From Candidatus Uhrbacteria bacterium (GTDB taxonomy: Bacteria > Patescibacteriota > Patescibacteriia > JACPHY01): 64,000 nucleotides of DNA. Positions within the stretch are counted from its first letter, which is position 1; every line of letters starts with the position of its first letter. The notes under the pieces are model-generated. The model did no database searches. It had not been told where the DNA came from and saw only the letters and a list, made by a program, of their open reading frames with translations. The stretch spans positions 8,170 through 72,169 of the forward strand of contig JACPHY010000003.1 of NCBI GenBank assembly GCA_016188355.1, read 5' to 3'. Positions 37,896-47,694 of this stretch are shown piece by piece. Both the position numbers and the translations under genes were made by a program.

Positions 37896-38837
37896 ATGCT
37901 CGGCAATCCTCGCACGCTCCTCGCGAAGGCACTCCGTGGTCGATATGCGATCGGCGCGTTCAACGTCAACAATCTCGAGATCCTCCAAGGCGTGATCCGC
38001 GCTGCCGAAGCGCAACGCGCGCCGGTAATCGTGCAAACGAGTGAGGGTGCGATCGAGTACGCGGGCATGACGGAACTACTCGCCATGATGCACACTGCGG
38101 CGAAGCGAGCGTCGGTTCCCGTGGTGATCCATCTCGATCACGGAAAAAATCTCGATGTGGTACGGGCGGCGATTCGGTCCGGATATACGAGCGTCATGTT
38201 CGATGGGTCGTCGCTCCCGTACGCGGAGAATGTCGCGCGCACAAGGCAGGTGGTCCGCTGGGCACACGCGAATGGCGTCGCAGTGGAGGCAGAACTGGGC
38301 GCGATCAAGGGCGTGGAGGATTTCGTCTCCGTCGCCGAGCGCGATGCGGCGTTCACGAATCCCGAACAGGCCCTCGACTTCGTGACGCGCACGCAGTGCG
38401 ATTCGCTTGCGGTGTCCATTGGGACCGCGCATGGCGCGCATAAGGCGACCGGCGACATCACGCTCGACGTCGCCCGCCTGCGCCGCATCCATGCGCTCCT
38501 CCCGAAGACGCCGCTCGTCCTCCATGGGGCATCATCCGTTCCGGACGATCTCGTCGGCGCCACGCACCTCTACTGCACGATGCTCGGCGACTGTCATCGC
38601 CTCGAAGGGGCGAAGGGCATCCCCGACGCACAGACGCGGCTCGCCATCCGACACGGCGTCACGAAAATTAACACCGATACCGATCTCCGCATCGCGTTCA
38701 CCGCAGCGGTCCGCGAGACGCTCATCGAGGACACCACCGTATTTGATCCCCGCAAACTCCTCGGTCCCGCACGCGATGCCGTGCAGACGATCGCAGAGCG
38801 ACGCATTGCGGTGTTCAGGAGCAAATGGAAAACATAA
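37896..38837 (+). CDS. fba: class II fructose-bisphosphate aldolase
   Basis: AFNVNNLE, HLDHG, EAELG, GTAHG, LVLHGAS, KINTDT. Confidence 0.95.
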   Translation: MLGNPRTLLAKALRGRYAIGAFNVNNLEILQGVIRAAEAQRAPVIVQTSEGAIEYAGMTELLAMMHTAAKRASVPVVIHLDHGKNLDVVRAAIRSGYTSVMFDGSSLPYAENVARTRQVVRWAHANGVAVEAELGAIKGVEDFVSVAERDAAFTNPEQALDFVTRTQCDSLAVSIGTAHGAHKATGDITLDVARLRRIHALLPKTPLVLHGASSVPDDLVGATHLYCTMLGDCHRLEGAKGIPDAQTRLAIRHGVTKINTDTDLRIAFTAAVRETLIEDTTVFDPRKLLGPARDAVQTIAERRIAVFRSKWKT

Positions 38838-38910
38838 TGAACCCCCGCGGCACAAACGCACGCCCCACTCCAAAGAGTTGGGCGTGCGTCATACCACCAA
38901 TCACCGAAAA

Positions 38911-39270
38911 CTATACTCGCGCGCCCTCAAGTCGAGTCACCCGACGCACAAGATCGTTCTGTTCCTTCTCCAAACGTTGACACTTATCGCGAAGCGCGAC
39001 TAGTTCAATGTCCAACGTCTTATGTAACGTCACAAAACCATCCACGCCCGCGGCGAGGTCATCGATGCGTGTATTGGTCGCGTCGATCCGATCATTCATC
39101 ACACCAATGCGGTCACCCACCGCATCAATACGAAGATTGGTCGCGTCGATCCGATCTCCCAGGTTCTTCGTTACCTCGACAAGCTGTTGATCAATCTTTG
39201 TGAACTGTTGATCAATCTTTGTGAAGTGACCCTGGAGAAATTCGATGAGTTCTTGCTGCTGGTCAGCCAT
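38911..39270 (-). CDS. coiled-coil repeat protein
   Basis: FTKIDQQ x2 and DRIDATN.RID x2; GGAG-like context. Confidence 0.72.
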   Translation of the reverse strand: MADQQQELIEFLQGHFTKIDQQFTKIDQQLVEVTKNLGDRIDATNLRIDAVGDRIGVMNDRIDATNTRIDDLAAGVDGFVTLHKTLDIELVALRDKCQRLEKEQNDLVRRVTRLEGARV

Positions 39271-39310
39271 ACGGAGAGAGTATACGCACCTCTGGGCACA
39301 CGAGCAAGCG

Positions 39311-40051
39311 CTAAAGACCTTGGCGCAGGACAGTGAACATCATCTTCATCGCAGCGGCAAGTGGCGCACTTGTAAGCACGGTGCCGAAAATGGGATTGGT
39401 GGTCACAATGAGCGCAATGGAATCGTTCCAGATGAGGAGATCGGTAGGAGGGTCGCCGTACTCCTTTGGGAGCACGCGAAAATCGTACATACCCTTCACC
39501 GCATTTCGCATGGCATCCGCAGCACCGTATTCTTGCGAGGCGTGAGTGAGGATGTCGCGAAAGAGGATGCCGCGCTCACGGACGAGCTCGACATACCGCG
39601 GGAAAAACTTCGGGTAGAGCTGCTCGAGGTGCGCGGTAGAGCCAATCGCATACACCTCCTTCGCGGTGAGCGTTTGGAGGTAGATCTCCTGAACCTGCTC
39701 GGGACCATCGTAGAATTGAATTTTTGGTTTGTTTTTCTGCGTCATGTACCGTCCGCGCAAATCCGGCAGGATGCGCGCGATCGTTTCGCGTTTGCGGTCG
39801 AGGGAGCGGAGCAGTGCCTCGGGATCTGAAGCGAGGTACGCTTTCCGCTTCCCGTTCCGCTGCTCCTCAATGAGCTTCGCCTCCTGGAGTGAGCGCAGAA
39901 TACCGTAGCAATGCGTCCGGGCAATACCAGTCCCCTTCGCAATCTGCGGCGGCGTCGAAAGGCCCTGCTCCAGCAGATACAGGTAGACCGCAATTTCCGA
40001 TGCAGGGAGTCCAAGTTCCTTGAGTGGGGGAGGGAAATCCATATTGGTCAT
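39311..40051 (-). CDS. TrmB-family transcriptional regulator
   Basis: LKELGL...EIAVYLYLL, wHTH IARTHCYGIL, KPKIQFYDG. Confidence 0.88.
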   Translation of the reverse strand: MTNMDFPPPLKELGLPASEIAVYLYLLEQGLSTPPQIAKGTGIARTHCYGILRSLQEAKLIEEQRNGKRKAYLASDPEALLRSLDRKRETIARILPDLRGRYMTQKNKPKIQFYDGPEQVQEIYLQTLTAKEVYAIGSTAHLEQLYPKFFPRYVELVRERGILFRDILTHASQEYGAADAMRNAVKGMYDFRVLPKEYGDPPTDLLIWNDSIALIVTTNPIFGTVLTSAPLAAAMKMMFTVLRQGL

Positions 40052-40227
40052 TTTTTATTGTACCATTTTTTTGTGTATATGAAAACTATTTCTCATATTT
40101 GGCCAGAATAAGAATCATTGGCAATTGACCAAATTGCGATTTCTCGGTATGCTGGAATGTCGATGATCGAGGAATGAGCCTCGCCCACCGGCACCGAACT
40201 TTCACCACCAACGGAAGGAAAGCAGCC

Positions 40228-41046
40228 ATGAAGATTCTCGTGATCGACGACACGCGCACGAACCTCGATGCCGCGAAGCAGGTCCTCCCCGAGCACGAAC
40301 TGACGCTCGTCACGGACTACGATCGCGCGTACAAGCTCCTTGAGCGGCCGAAGGCGAACTACGACGCAGTGCAAGAGGAGCTCAAGCGTCGTGGGTTCCG
40401 GAATGAGTACGATCGGGACGCGAGCAAGCAGGAGCGCGATGCCACGCGAGTGGAGCGGAGCCGGCTCGAGGTCGAACTCTGCCCGCCTCCACCGTTCGAT
40501 GCGGTGCTCTGCGACCTCCTCATGCCGGCGGGGCGGACGACCCAGGGACCGAAGGGCGAACGGTATGTCGGGCAGGAGATGCCGGTCGGGTGGGCGCTGG
40601 CGCTCATGGCAGTGCTCCAGGGCGCGAAGCACGTCGCGGTGGTCACGAACCTGAACCACCACGATCATCCCGCCGCGGCCATGCTCGACCGCCTCTGCAG
40701 TGGCCCGTTCCACGTCGGCGAGCCGCATCCCGTGAAGCTCCACATCAACGGGGCGCCAGTCGACTTCGTGAACGATGCGCCGATGGTCCCAGTTGAGGGA
40801 ACGACGTGCGCCGACTGTGGCGGATCCGGAACGAAGGCGGAGAAGGACTGCTGGCTCTGCAACGGGAGCGGCCGCAACGAGCACCTCGACAAAGAATGCC
40901 ACCCTTGCAAGGGCAGTGGGCGCGAGGTACCGACGTGCTACTCCTGCCGTGGCTCGGGAAAGGTGCTGGGCAAGGACTGGAGCAAGGTCCTCGCTCGACT
41001 CCTCGGCACCGAGACGCCGCTCGCCTCCGAGGACCATGACGCCTGA
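40228..41046 (+). CDS. receiver-like domain protein with DnaJ-type CxxCxGxG zinc finger
   Basis: MKILVIDD...VLCDLLMP; CADCGGSG, CWLCNGSG, CHPCKGSG, CYSCRGSG; promoter TTGACC-17-TATGCT at 40126. Confidence 0.78.
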   Translation: MKILVIDDTRTNLDAAKQVLPEHELTLVTDYDRAYKLLERPKANYDAVQEELKRRGFRNEYDRDASKQERDATRVERSRLEVELCPPPPFDAVLCDLLMPAGRTTQGPKGERYVGQEMPVGWALALMAVLQGAKHVAVVTNLNHHDHPAAAMLDRLCSGPFHVGEPHPVKLHINGAPVDFVNDAPMVPVEGTTCADCGGSGTKAEKDCWLCNGSGRNEHLDKECHPCKGSGREVPTCYSCRGSGKVLGKDWSKVLARLLGTETPLASEDHDA

Positions 41047-41152
41047 AACGCGGCACCGTTCCCATCCGGCGCACCGACAGGATTGCTCGTGACGAACCGC
41101 TGACCAGGAGGTCGGCGGTTCTTTTCTATTCCATGGTAGAGTGGAGGCGCAT

Positions 41153-42148
41153 ATGCACGACATCATCACCATTGGTTCTGCGACGGAGGACGTTTTCCTG
41201 CGATCGTCCGCATGGGAGGTCCGGGAAGATGCGGACTCCCCCACGGGGCTCGATCAGTGCCTTCCGCTGGGGGGGAAAATTCCCATTGATGAACTCCAGA
41301 TCACCACGGGTGGCGGCGCCACGAATGCGGCGGTCACCTTCGCACGCCTCGGACAGCTCCGCACCGCGTGCGTGTGCCGCATTGGCGCGACGGACACGAG
41401 CGGGCGGGCGATCGTCGCCGCGCTGCGCGAGGCGCGCATCGCCACCCCATTCGTCCAATCGGACGCCAAGCTCCGCACGGGCTTCTCCCTCATCCTCCTC
41501 TCGGGCAGCGGGGAACGGACGATCCTCACCCACCGCGGCGCATCCCATGCGATTGCGCCCGCACGGATTCCGTGGCCGCGGCTGCGCGCCCACTGGTTCT
41601 ACATCACGTCGCTCGCTGGCAACCGCACGCTCCTCCGCCGCATCCTGTCACACGCGGAGCGCATCGGCGCGCAGGTGGCATGGAATCCTGGCAACGACGA
41701 ACTCGCGTGGGGGTGGGATACACTCGCGCCGCTCGTCCGTCGGTGCGCGGTGATCAATATGAATCGCGAGGAGGCGCTCGTGGCGACGCGTTGTGCTGCG
41801 GACGATCTCACCGGAATGCTCACCACCCTCCACGCCCACGCACCACATGCCATGCGCATTGCGCTCCTCACGGATGGCAAACAGGGCGCGTACGCATTCG
41901 ACGGCGCACGCACCTGGCACATCCCTTCCCGCAACATCCCGGCCATCAACACCACCGGCGCCGGCGACGCGTTTGGTTCCGCCTTCGTGCTCGGCCGCAT
42001 CCACGGTTGGGACATCCCGGACGCGCTCCGCTTGGGCCTAGCGAACGCCGAAGGCGTCATCACGCACATGGGGGCGAAAGTGGGCATTCTCCGAAAACTC
42101 CCCAGCCGCCACGCGCTCCAACGATACGAAGTAGCAGCGTACGCATAA
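41153..42148 (+). CDS. PfkB-family carbohydrate kinase
   Basis: GGGATNAA, TDGKQGA, TTGAGDAF. Confidence 0.93.
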   Translation: MHDIITIGSATEDVFLRSSAWEVREDADSPTGLDQCLPLGGKIPIDELQITTGGGATNAAVTFARLGQLRTACVCRIGATDTSGRAIVAALREARIATPFVQSDAKLRTGFSLILLSGSGERTILTHRGASHAIAPARIPWPRLRAHWFYITSLAGNRTLLRRILSHAERIGAQVAWNPGNDELAWGWDTLAPLVRRCAVINMNREEALVATRCAADDLTGMLTTLHAHAPHAMRIALLTDGKQGAYAFDGARTWHIPSRNIPAINTTGAGDAFGSAFVLGRIHGWDIPDALRLGLANAEGVITHMGAKVGILRKLPSRHALQRYEVAAYA

Positions 42149-42160
42149 CCGATGCATGGT

Positions 42161-43156
42161 ATGGCGACCATCTTCGTCACGCGCCGCATCCCTGATGCGG
42201 GGGTCAAGCTCCTCACGGAACATGGGCATCAGGTGATTCTCGGACGCGCGGATCGCGCGCTCATCCACGAAGAGCTCCTCGATGCGGTACGTGCACATCA
42301 ACCGGAAGCGCTCCTCTGCCTCCTCACCGATCGCATCGACGACGCCGTATTTGCCGCCGGCAGTCCGCATCTCCGCATGGTCGCAAACTACGCTGCGGGA
42401 TTTGATAATATCGACCGCGCCGCCGCCGCGAGCCGTGGCGTTTTCGTGACCAACACCCCCGACGTGCTGACGGATGCGGTCGCCGAGTATACCCTCGCAC
42501 TCATCCTCGCGCTCGTGCGTCGCGTGTGCGAAGCGGATCGATATGCGAAGTCCGGTCGCTACCGCGGATGGGATCCGCTCCTCCTCCTCGGTGGAACGCT
42601 CCAAGGGAAAACCCTCGGCGTGGTAGGTCTGGGCCGCATCGGCCGCAGTGTTGCGGAGCGCTGCGCGCGTGGACTCGGCATGCGCATCCGCTATCACAGC
42701 ACCAAAACGGATGCCGCATTCGAGCAGCAGCTCGGCGCGCAATTTCGCGCGCTCGACGATCTCCTCGCTGAATCCGATATCATCAGCCTGCACGTCCCAC
42801 TCACCCTGGACACCTATCATCTCATTAATGCTGCCCGCCTCGCGCGCATACGCCCGACCGCCTATCTCGTGAACACCGCGCGGGGACCGGTCGTCGATGA
42901 ATCAGCGCTTATTAATGCCCTCGAACGGGGGCACCTCGCCGGCGCAGCGCTCGATGTATTCGAATGCGAACCATCCCTCGCCTGCAGCGTCGACGATCAC
43001 CTCAAACTAAAGGTGCTCCCGAACGTGATTCTCACCCCGCACATCGCGTCTGCGACCACTGAAGCGCGCCAAGCCATGTCCCGCGTCGCCGCCGAGAACA
43101 TTCTCGCCGTCTTGGAGGGTCGCGCACCACCCAATCTCGTTCCCATCGCCCCATAA
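42161..43156 (+). CDS. D-isomer 2-hydroxyacid dehydrogenase (glyoxylate reductase / D-glycerate dehydrogenase)
   Basis: TNTPDVL, GLGRIG, NTARG, LDVFE.EP, PHIAS. Confidence 0.93.
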   Translation: MATIFVTRRIPDAGVKLLTEHGHQVILGRADRALIHEELLDAVRAHQPEALLCLLTDRIDDAVFAAGSPHLRMVANYAAGFDNIDRAAAASRGVFVTNTPDVLTDAVAEYTLALILALVRRVCEADRYAKSGRYRGWDPLLLLGGTLQGKTLGVVGLGRIGRSVAERCARGLGMRIRYHSTKTDAAFEQQLGAQFRALDDLLAESDIISLHVPLTLDTYHLINAARLARIRPTAYLVNTARGPVVDESALINALERGHLAGAALDVFECEPSLACSVDDHLKLKVLPNVILTPHIASATTEARQAMSRVAAENILAVLEGRAPPNLVPIAP

Positions 43157-43192
43157 AACACCGCGGTCGCTCATGGGCGACCGCGGTACCAG

Positions 43193-43969
43193 TTACCGTA
43201 CCAATCGAAGTGGGGAGGGCGCGGACCGACGCTCGAGGAGCAGGTCGCGATCATGGCCATCCCGCACGAGCACCATGCCATTCGGCAAATAGATCTCCTG
43301 ATGGGGCGCATGCGACAGCGCGATACGCACGCGCGACGTCAGCTCACCGAGGAGCGCGGACGCGCCCTGCGCATCGATGGCACCTTCGCATGCATCGCGT
43401 GCGATTGCCTTTCCAGCGTCTTCGATCGAATCCGGAAAAAGGCTCGTGGAAATCCGAGTTCCTCCGCGCACCATGACGCAATCCAGCATTGCCAGCCAAT
43501 GCGCTACGATTCGCGTCCGCAATTGCTCGACGAGCTGTTCTATGGATATTCCTTGATCCACCAATCCATCACCGAGCAGCAGCGTCACGAGCAATCCATA
43601 CACCCGCCAGCCCACCATCCAGACACTGCGGAGCGGGTGGCGGAAAAATGCGCGCAGGATACTGCGCATGACGGATGGACGGGAGCGCTGCAATTCCTGC
43701 ACGCAGCGATGATAGGAAATGAGCGATGCGAGCGCCTCTCGTTTGGCACGATCGGCATCGGTATCGCAGGCGGCATCGAGCAGCGCCGTGGGAATGAATG
43801 TGCAATCCGTCACGCGATACCCCCTTCGCACATGGGACGTGCGCAGCAACCCTATCAATTTGCCTCGATGGTTGGCAAGCAACGGAATGCCCCGCACCAT
43901 TTCCTCCGAAAATCGTCGGCGTTCGCTGGACGTACTTCGCTCCATGCACGCCTTTTGCGCATGCGACAC
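43193..43969 (-). CDS. hypothetical protein
   Basis: 258 aa ORF filling the gap; convergent hairpin at 43160-43187. Confidence 0.55.
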   Translation of the reverse strand: MSHAQKACMERSTSSERRRFSEEMVRGIPLLANHRGKLIGLLRTSHVRRGYRVTDCTFIPTALLDAACDTDADRAKREALASLISYHRCVQELQRSRPSVMRSILRAFFRHPLRSVWMVGWRVYGLLVTLLLGDGLVDQGISIEQLVEQLRTRIVAHWLAMLDCVMVRGGTRISTSLFPDSIEDAGKAIARDACEGAIDAQGASALLGELTSRVRIALSHAPHQEIYLPNGMVLVRDGHDRDLLLERRSAPSPLRLVR

Positions 43970-44058
43970 CTTTTATCATGATGCACGCCCTGGGGCGTTG
44001 TGTGCGCACGTGGCATCCTCTTCATGCGGAGAGATCTTTCTCACGCAAGGAGGACACC

Positions 44059-44823
44059 ATGCGTGCCGCAACAAAAACCACTGCGGTCACTGAACCAGGG
44101 CTTCCCGTGGATCCCATCCCCCGCGCCCTCGCACTGCTCGGGGTGCAACCAGAACAACTCGCGCGGCGCATCGCGCCCGCGGAGGCGCGGGCACAGCTCC
44201 AGCGCATTCAGGAGTTCCAGCGTCATGATGCGGCGCGACTCCTCCCAATCGAACGCGCGGCCACCGCGCGCGCGGTCAAACTCCGGGTCGCTGCGCTCGA
44301 AAGTCGGCTTCCGGCGTTCCAGCGCATCCCATTCCCCGCACTTGCAGAAGTGCTCCAATGGCGGAACGAGCAAGGCATGCCCGCGCTCGCACCCTTCTCC
44401 CCACAGAGCGACCGATTCACGATCCGTGTGGAGCCGGACAGCTGGAACAACGGCCCACGCACGATCGAACCGCATCTCCCCGCGCCGGTCCTGGCCTGCT
44501 ACGAGGACGTCTTCCTGAAACTCGAGGAGCGACGCGGACGACGCAATGTGCGCGTGGAGGCAGCAGTCACCTTCACCGGAACCATCCCTTCGGATGTTCG
44601 GGAGGCGATCCGTGCGGCACAGCAGACGTTCTCCGACGTCCGCATCCTCGCGGAGGTAGAACGCTGGCAGATCGAAGAGCACGCACCGCCCGCATTGCGC
44701 ACGGACCCGCTCGTCATCGGTTATGACGGCGTGGAATTCTGGCTCATCGCCGCCTTCGACCTCACCCCGCTCGAAGAAACCGTCCACCGCATCTGCCTCG
44801 GGACCGCCCCCTCCGTGGCATAG
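44059..44823 (+). CDS. hypothetical protein
   Basis: AAGGAGG RBS; C-terminal DPLVIGYDG..FWLIAAFDLTPLE; followed by a terminator. Confidence 0.75.
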   Translation: MRAATKTTAVTEPGLPVDPIPRALALLGVQPEQLARRIAPAEARAQLQRIQEFQRHDAARLLPIERAATARAVKLRVAALESRLPAFQRIPFPALAEVLQWRNEQGMPALAPFSPQSDRFTIRVEPDSWNNGPRTIEPHLPAPVLACYEDVFLKLEERRGRRNVRVEAAVTFTGTIPSDVREAIRAAQQTFSDVRILAEVERWQIEEHAPPALRTDPLVIGYDGVEFWLIAAFDLTPLEETVHRICLGTAPSVA

Positions 44824-44950
44824 CCATCGCGCCGCAGGTGAACGCCCCACGACCTGGTGGGGCGTTTTCTCTTTGGATAGTCCTCCATCTTGACGAGGCG
44901 ATGCGCCAACCCGATACTCCAGTCATCCATCACGCACGGAGGACTGTCCC

Positions 44951-45193
44951 TTGGAACTCCACTCTGTTGATGATCCCCCAACCCTCGCGCACATCCTTTC
45001 GGTATTTGGGATATTGATCGCCGGATTTCTTGTGCTCCTCGTGGTAGCGCACCTCATCGATCGCATCCGGAGATTGCTCCGCGCGCCGCCGCAGCTCCAC
45101 ATCGTGCCTCCTCCCTCGCCGCCGCCACGCCACGTGATACTCCTCCGTCCGCCATCATCCGATCCGTCAGACGATCCACCGCCCGCCGCATAG
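44951..45193 (+). CDS. small single-TM Pro-rich protein
   Basis: GGAGG RBS before TTG. Confidence 0.5.
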   Translation: MELHSVDDPPTLAHILSVFGILIAGFLVLLVVAHLIDRIRRLLRAPPQLHIVPPPSPPPRHVILLRPPSSDPSDDPPPAA

Positions 45194-45241
45194 ATTCGCG
45201 CCCCACAAAACCAGTGGGGCGCTATACTATATGCATTCCCT

Positions 45242-46183
45242 ATGCTTGCCGCGATCCTCGGTGCCATTATTCCCACCTTCGGATTTGTCGGCATTGGTTG
45301 GTTTTGCCGCCGCGTAGGCGTGTGGGGACGCGACGCGGTGCACGTGCTCAATAGCTACGCCTACTACATCGCGCTCCCCGCGCTCATTTTCGACGCGGTG
45401 TTCAAGATCGATTTCCTTTCCACAGCAACCACGCAGGATCTGCGCTATCTCCTCGGTCTGCTGCTCGGCCATGTGATCGTCGCGGCGATTGCCGTCATCG
45501 CTACTTGGCATGCACCACGTCCCATCCGTGCGGTCGCGCCCATGCTCCTCACTTTTGGATCAACCGCGTATCTCGGCATTCCCTTCGCGACGTTCGCATT
45601 TGGTGCCGCCGGTACTGCGTACGCCGCTATTGGCTCGGTGGTCGTCGTCGTGGCCATGCTCTTCATCGCCCTCACCACGCTGAATGCCTTCAGTCAACGC
45701 ACGCACCATACCGCAACGTGGCAACAGCTCCTCGAGCTTCCCTTTCTGTGGGTAGTCCTCGCTGGTCTCTTCCTGCCCATACTCGGCATCAAATCGCTCC
45801 CCGACGCCCTCGCCCATCCCATTGAGATTCTCGCCGGTTCCGCAGGTCCCACCTCTCTCCTCGCGCTGGGCGCATTTGATTTTGATCTCCAATGGAAACG
45901 GATTCCCTGGCGCTGGTCGCTCCCATTCGGTATCGGTAAGGTGATCCTCTGCAGCGTAGCGACATTCTTTGCCCTCAAATTCTTTGGGGTCACCGGGCTG
46001 CCACTCGCGGTGGGCACCACGCTCGCTGCCACCTCAATTGCCGTGACCGCATTTGTCCTTTCCGAGGAATACCGTACAAGCACCAACGTCACGGATGGTG
46101 CGATTGCCGCCTCCAGCATGACCGCGCTCCTCTGCCTCTCCCTCATCCTGGCGCTCTGGGTGGGGACCGGGGTGTTCCAGTAG
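45242..46183 (+). CDS. AEC-family transporter
   Basis: YIALPALIF, AYLGIPF, P.SLLALG; about 10 TM. Confidence 0.88.
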   Translation: MLAAILGAIIPTFGFVGIGWFCRRVGVWGRDAVHVLNSYAYYIALPALIFDAVFKIDFLSTATTQDLRYLLGLLLGHVIVAAIAVIATWHAPRPIRAVAPMLLTFGSTAYLGIPFATFAFGAAGTAYAAIGSVVVVVAMLFIALTTLNAFSQRTHHTATWQQLLELPFLWVVLAGLFLPILGIKSLPDALAHPIEILAGSAGPTSLLALGAFDFDLQWKRIPWRWSLPFGIGKVILCSVATFFALKFFGVTGLPLAVGTTLAATSIAVTAFVLSEEYRTSTNVTDGAIAASSMTALLCLSLILALWVGTGVFQ

Positions 46184-46270
46184 CGCGCATTCCGAACGAT
46201 CGCCACAGCAGAGCAGCCGATTCGGCTGCTCTGCTGGTTTATGCTCCCCCGCATCCTCCTACGGAAACCT

Positions 46271-46513
46271 CTACGGCTCATCCACTCCTCCATGCGACCA
46301 CGGGTTACATCGCAGCACACGCCAGACTCCCCGCAATGCTCCACGGACCACACCGTAGCGGGTCACCGCCTGACGTGCGTATGCGGAGCAGGAGGGAAAA
46401 TATCGGCAGTATCCGTTCGGAAATACCCATCGCCCCACCCGACTGTGATCCGGAGAGATGCATCGCTGGTACAGGGAAATAACGCCGACCGCAAGTCGCT
46501 GCGGAAGCTGCAT
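46271..46513 (-). CDS. yidD: membrane protein insertion efficiency factor
   Basis: YQRCISP, CRYFPSCSAY, RCNPWS.GG.D. Confidence 0.93.
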   Translation of the reverse strand: MQLPQRLAVGVISLYQRCISPDHSRVGRWVFPNGYCRYFPSCSAYARQAVTRYGVVRGALRGVWRVLRCNPWSHGGVDEP

Positions 46514-46553
46514 TATTGTGGTGTACACAATTGTTGTCCACATATATCCCAAG

Positions 46554-46997
46554 CTATCCACTGTTTTCTCCTAGCGACGTTTCCGCACTATTTTGCCTTA
46601 CTGGAGAAGAAATTCCTGATTTTTGCCTATGCGTGGTGTGGATATCCACCCAAAATCCACAGAGGAGGTGCGCGCGGTGCAGTGCAGCACCAATTTGCGC
46701 CGAAATATCCTCATATTCCTTGCCCACCATGGACGGTTTCGCTGTGATCACCAGGTCCACACCAGGACGAATGCTGGGCAAGTGGCGGCGAAGCACCTCC
46801 CGGATCAATCGCTTCGTACGATTCCGGACCGTGGAGCGCTTCGACACCTTGAGGCCCGCCACCACGGTTGCCCGAACGAGCGGCAGCCGATTCGGTGCGA
46901 ATCGAATGATGCAGTCCAACGCAGCAACGGGCCTCCCGGTGCGGGAGACCCGTTGGACGTCACGTGTCTGATGGAGTCGATGACGTCGCGGCAGCAT
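46554..46997 (-). CDS. rnpA: ribonuclease P protein component, with C-terminal extension
   Basis: KVSKRSTVRNRTKRLIRE (RNR motif); position between rpmH and yidD. Confidence 0.92.
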   Translation of the reverse strand: MLPRRHRLHQTRDVQRVSRTGRPVAALDCIIRFAPNRLPLVRATVVAGLKVSKRSTVRNRTKRLIREVLRRHLPSIRPGVDLVITAKPSMVGKEYEDISAQIGAALHRAHLLCGFWVDIHTTHRQKSGISSPVRQNSAETSLGENSG

Positions 46998-47006
46998 ACT
47001 CCGTGC

Positions 47007-47162
47007 TTAGGATGCAGTCCGCCGCGCAGACACCACGATGCGCTTCCGCCCCTTGGCGCGACGCCGTTGCAGCACCGTGCGACCCGCCTTCGTCCGCATG
47101 CGGCGCAAAAATCCATGGCGCCGCGCTCGCCGCCGCTTCCGCGGTTGGTACGTACGCTTCAT
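47007..47162 (-). CDS. rpmH: 50S ribosomal protein L34
   Basis: Manual translation [51 protein letters not shown]. Confidence 0.96.
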   Translation of the reverse strand: MKRTYQPRKRRRARRHGFLRRMRTKAGRTVLQRRRAKGRKRIVVSARRTAS

Positions 47163-47169
47163 ATCTTAT

Positions 47170-47331
47170 GAGACCTCTGCAAGAATCGCTTTCGTGCCAG
47201 GGACGTGATGTTCGAGCGAGCTGCGCGACGCAGACCCGAGCGATATCCAGCGGATCTCGTGAACGGTCGAGGAACGCAGCGCAGCCGAACAGCGCGTTCC
47301 TGGCGCGAATCTGGATTTTTGCAGAGGTCTC
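47170..47331. mobile_element. 162-bp MITE-like element with IS5-family-like ends
   Basis: Terminal inverted repeats GAGACCTCTGCAA...TTGCAGAGGTCTC flanked by a TTAT direct repeat on both sides; nested internal palindromes; no transposase. Confidence 0.7.
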
Positions 47332-47694
47332 TTATTGCAATATCCGATGAACACCATTGGTGCGCACCCGCTAGTCCGAAGTCACCGTACCGTAATGACA
47401 AAACGATGTCAATGGAGCACACGGGGATCGATTCCCCCGTCTCATTTCCTGATTCCAAAACCTGCGGCGCCGCGCACGCGTCATGGAGCATTCGTGGGGT
47501 CGTCCACCGCTTCTCCACCTCCCATCCACGGAAACGCCTCCGAGCGCGCTTGTCCTGCGTCCGAACATGCGCGAAAATAAAACGCGTAGCCGGTGGTATC
47601 TCGTTCGCGGCGGAGGAGCGCGCACGGGGATCTTGTTGGTGCGTGATGGTCCTCGTATACTCCACCCGCGGGTTAACGCGTGTCGGTGGTACGT

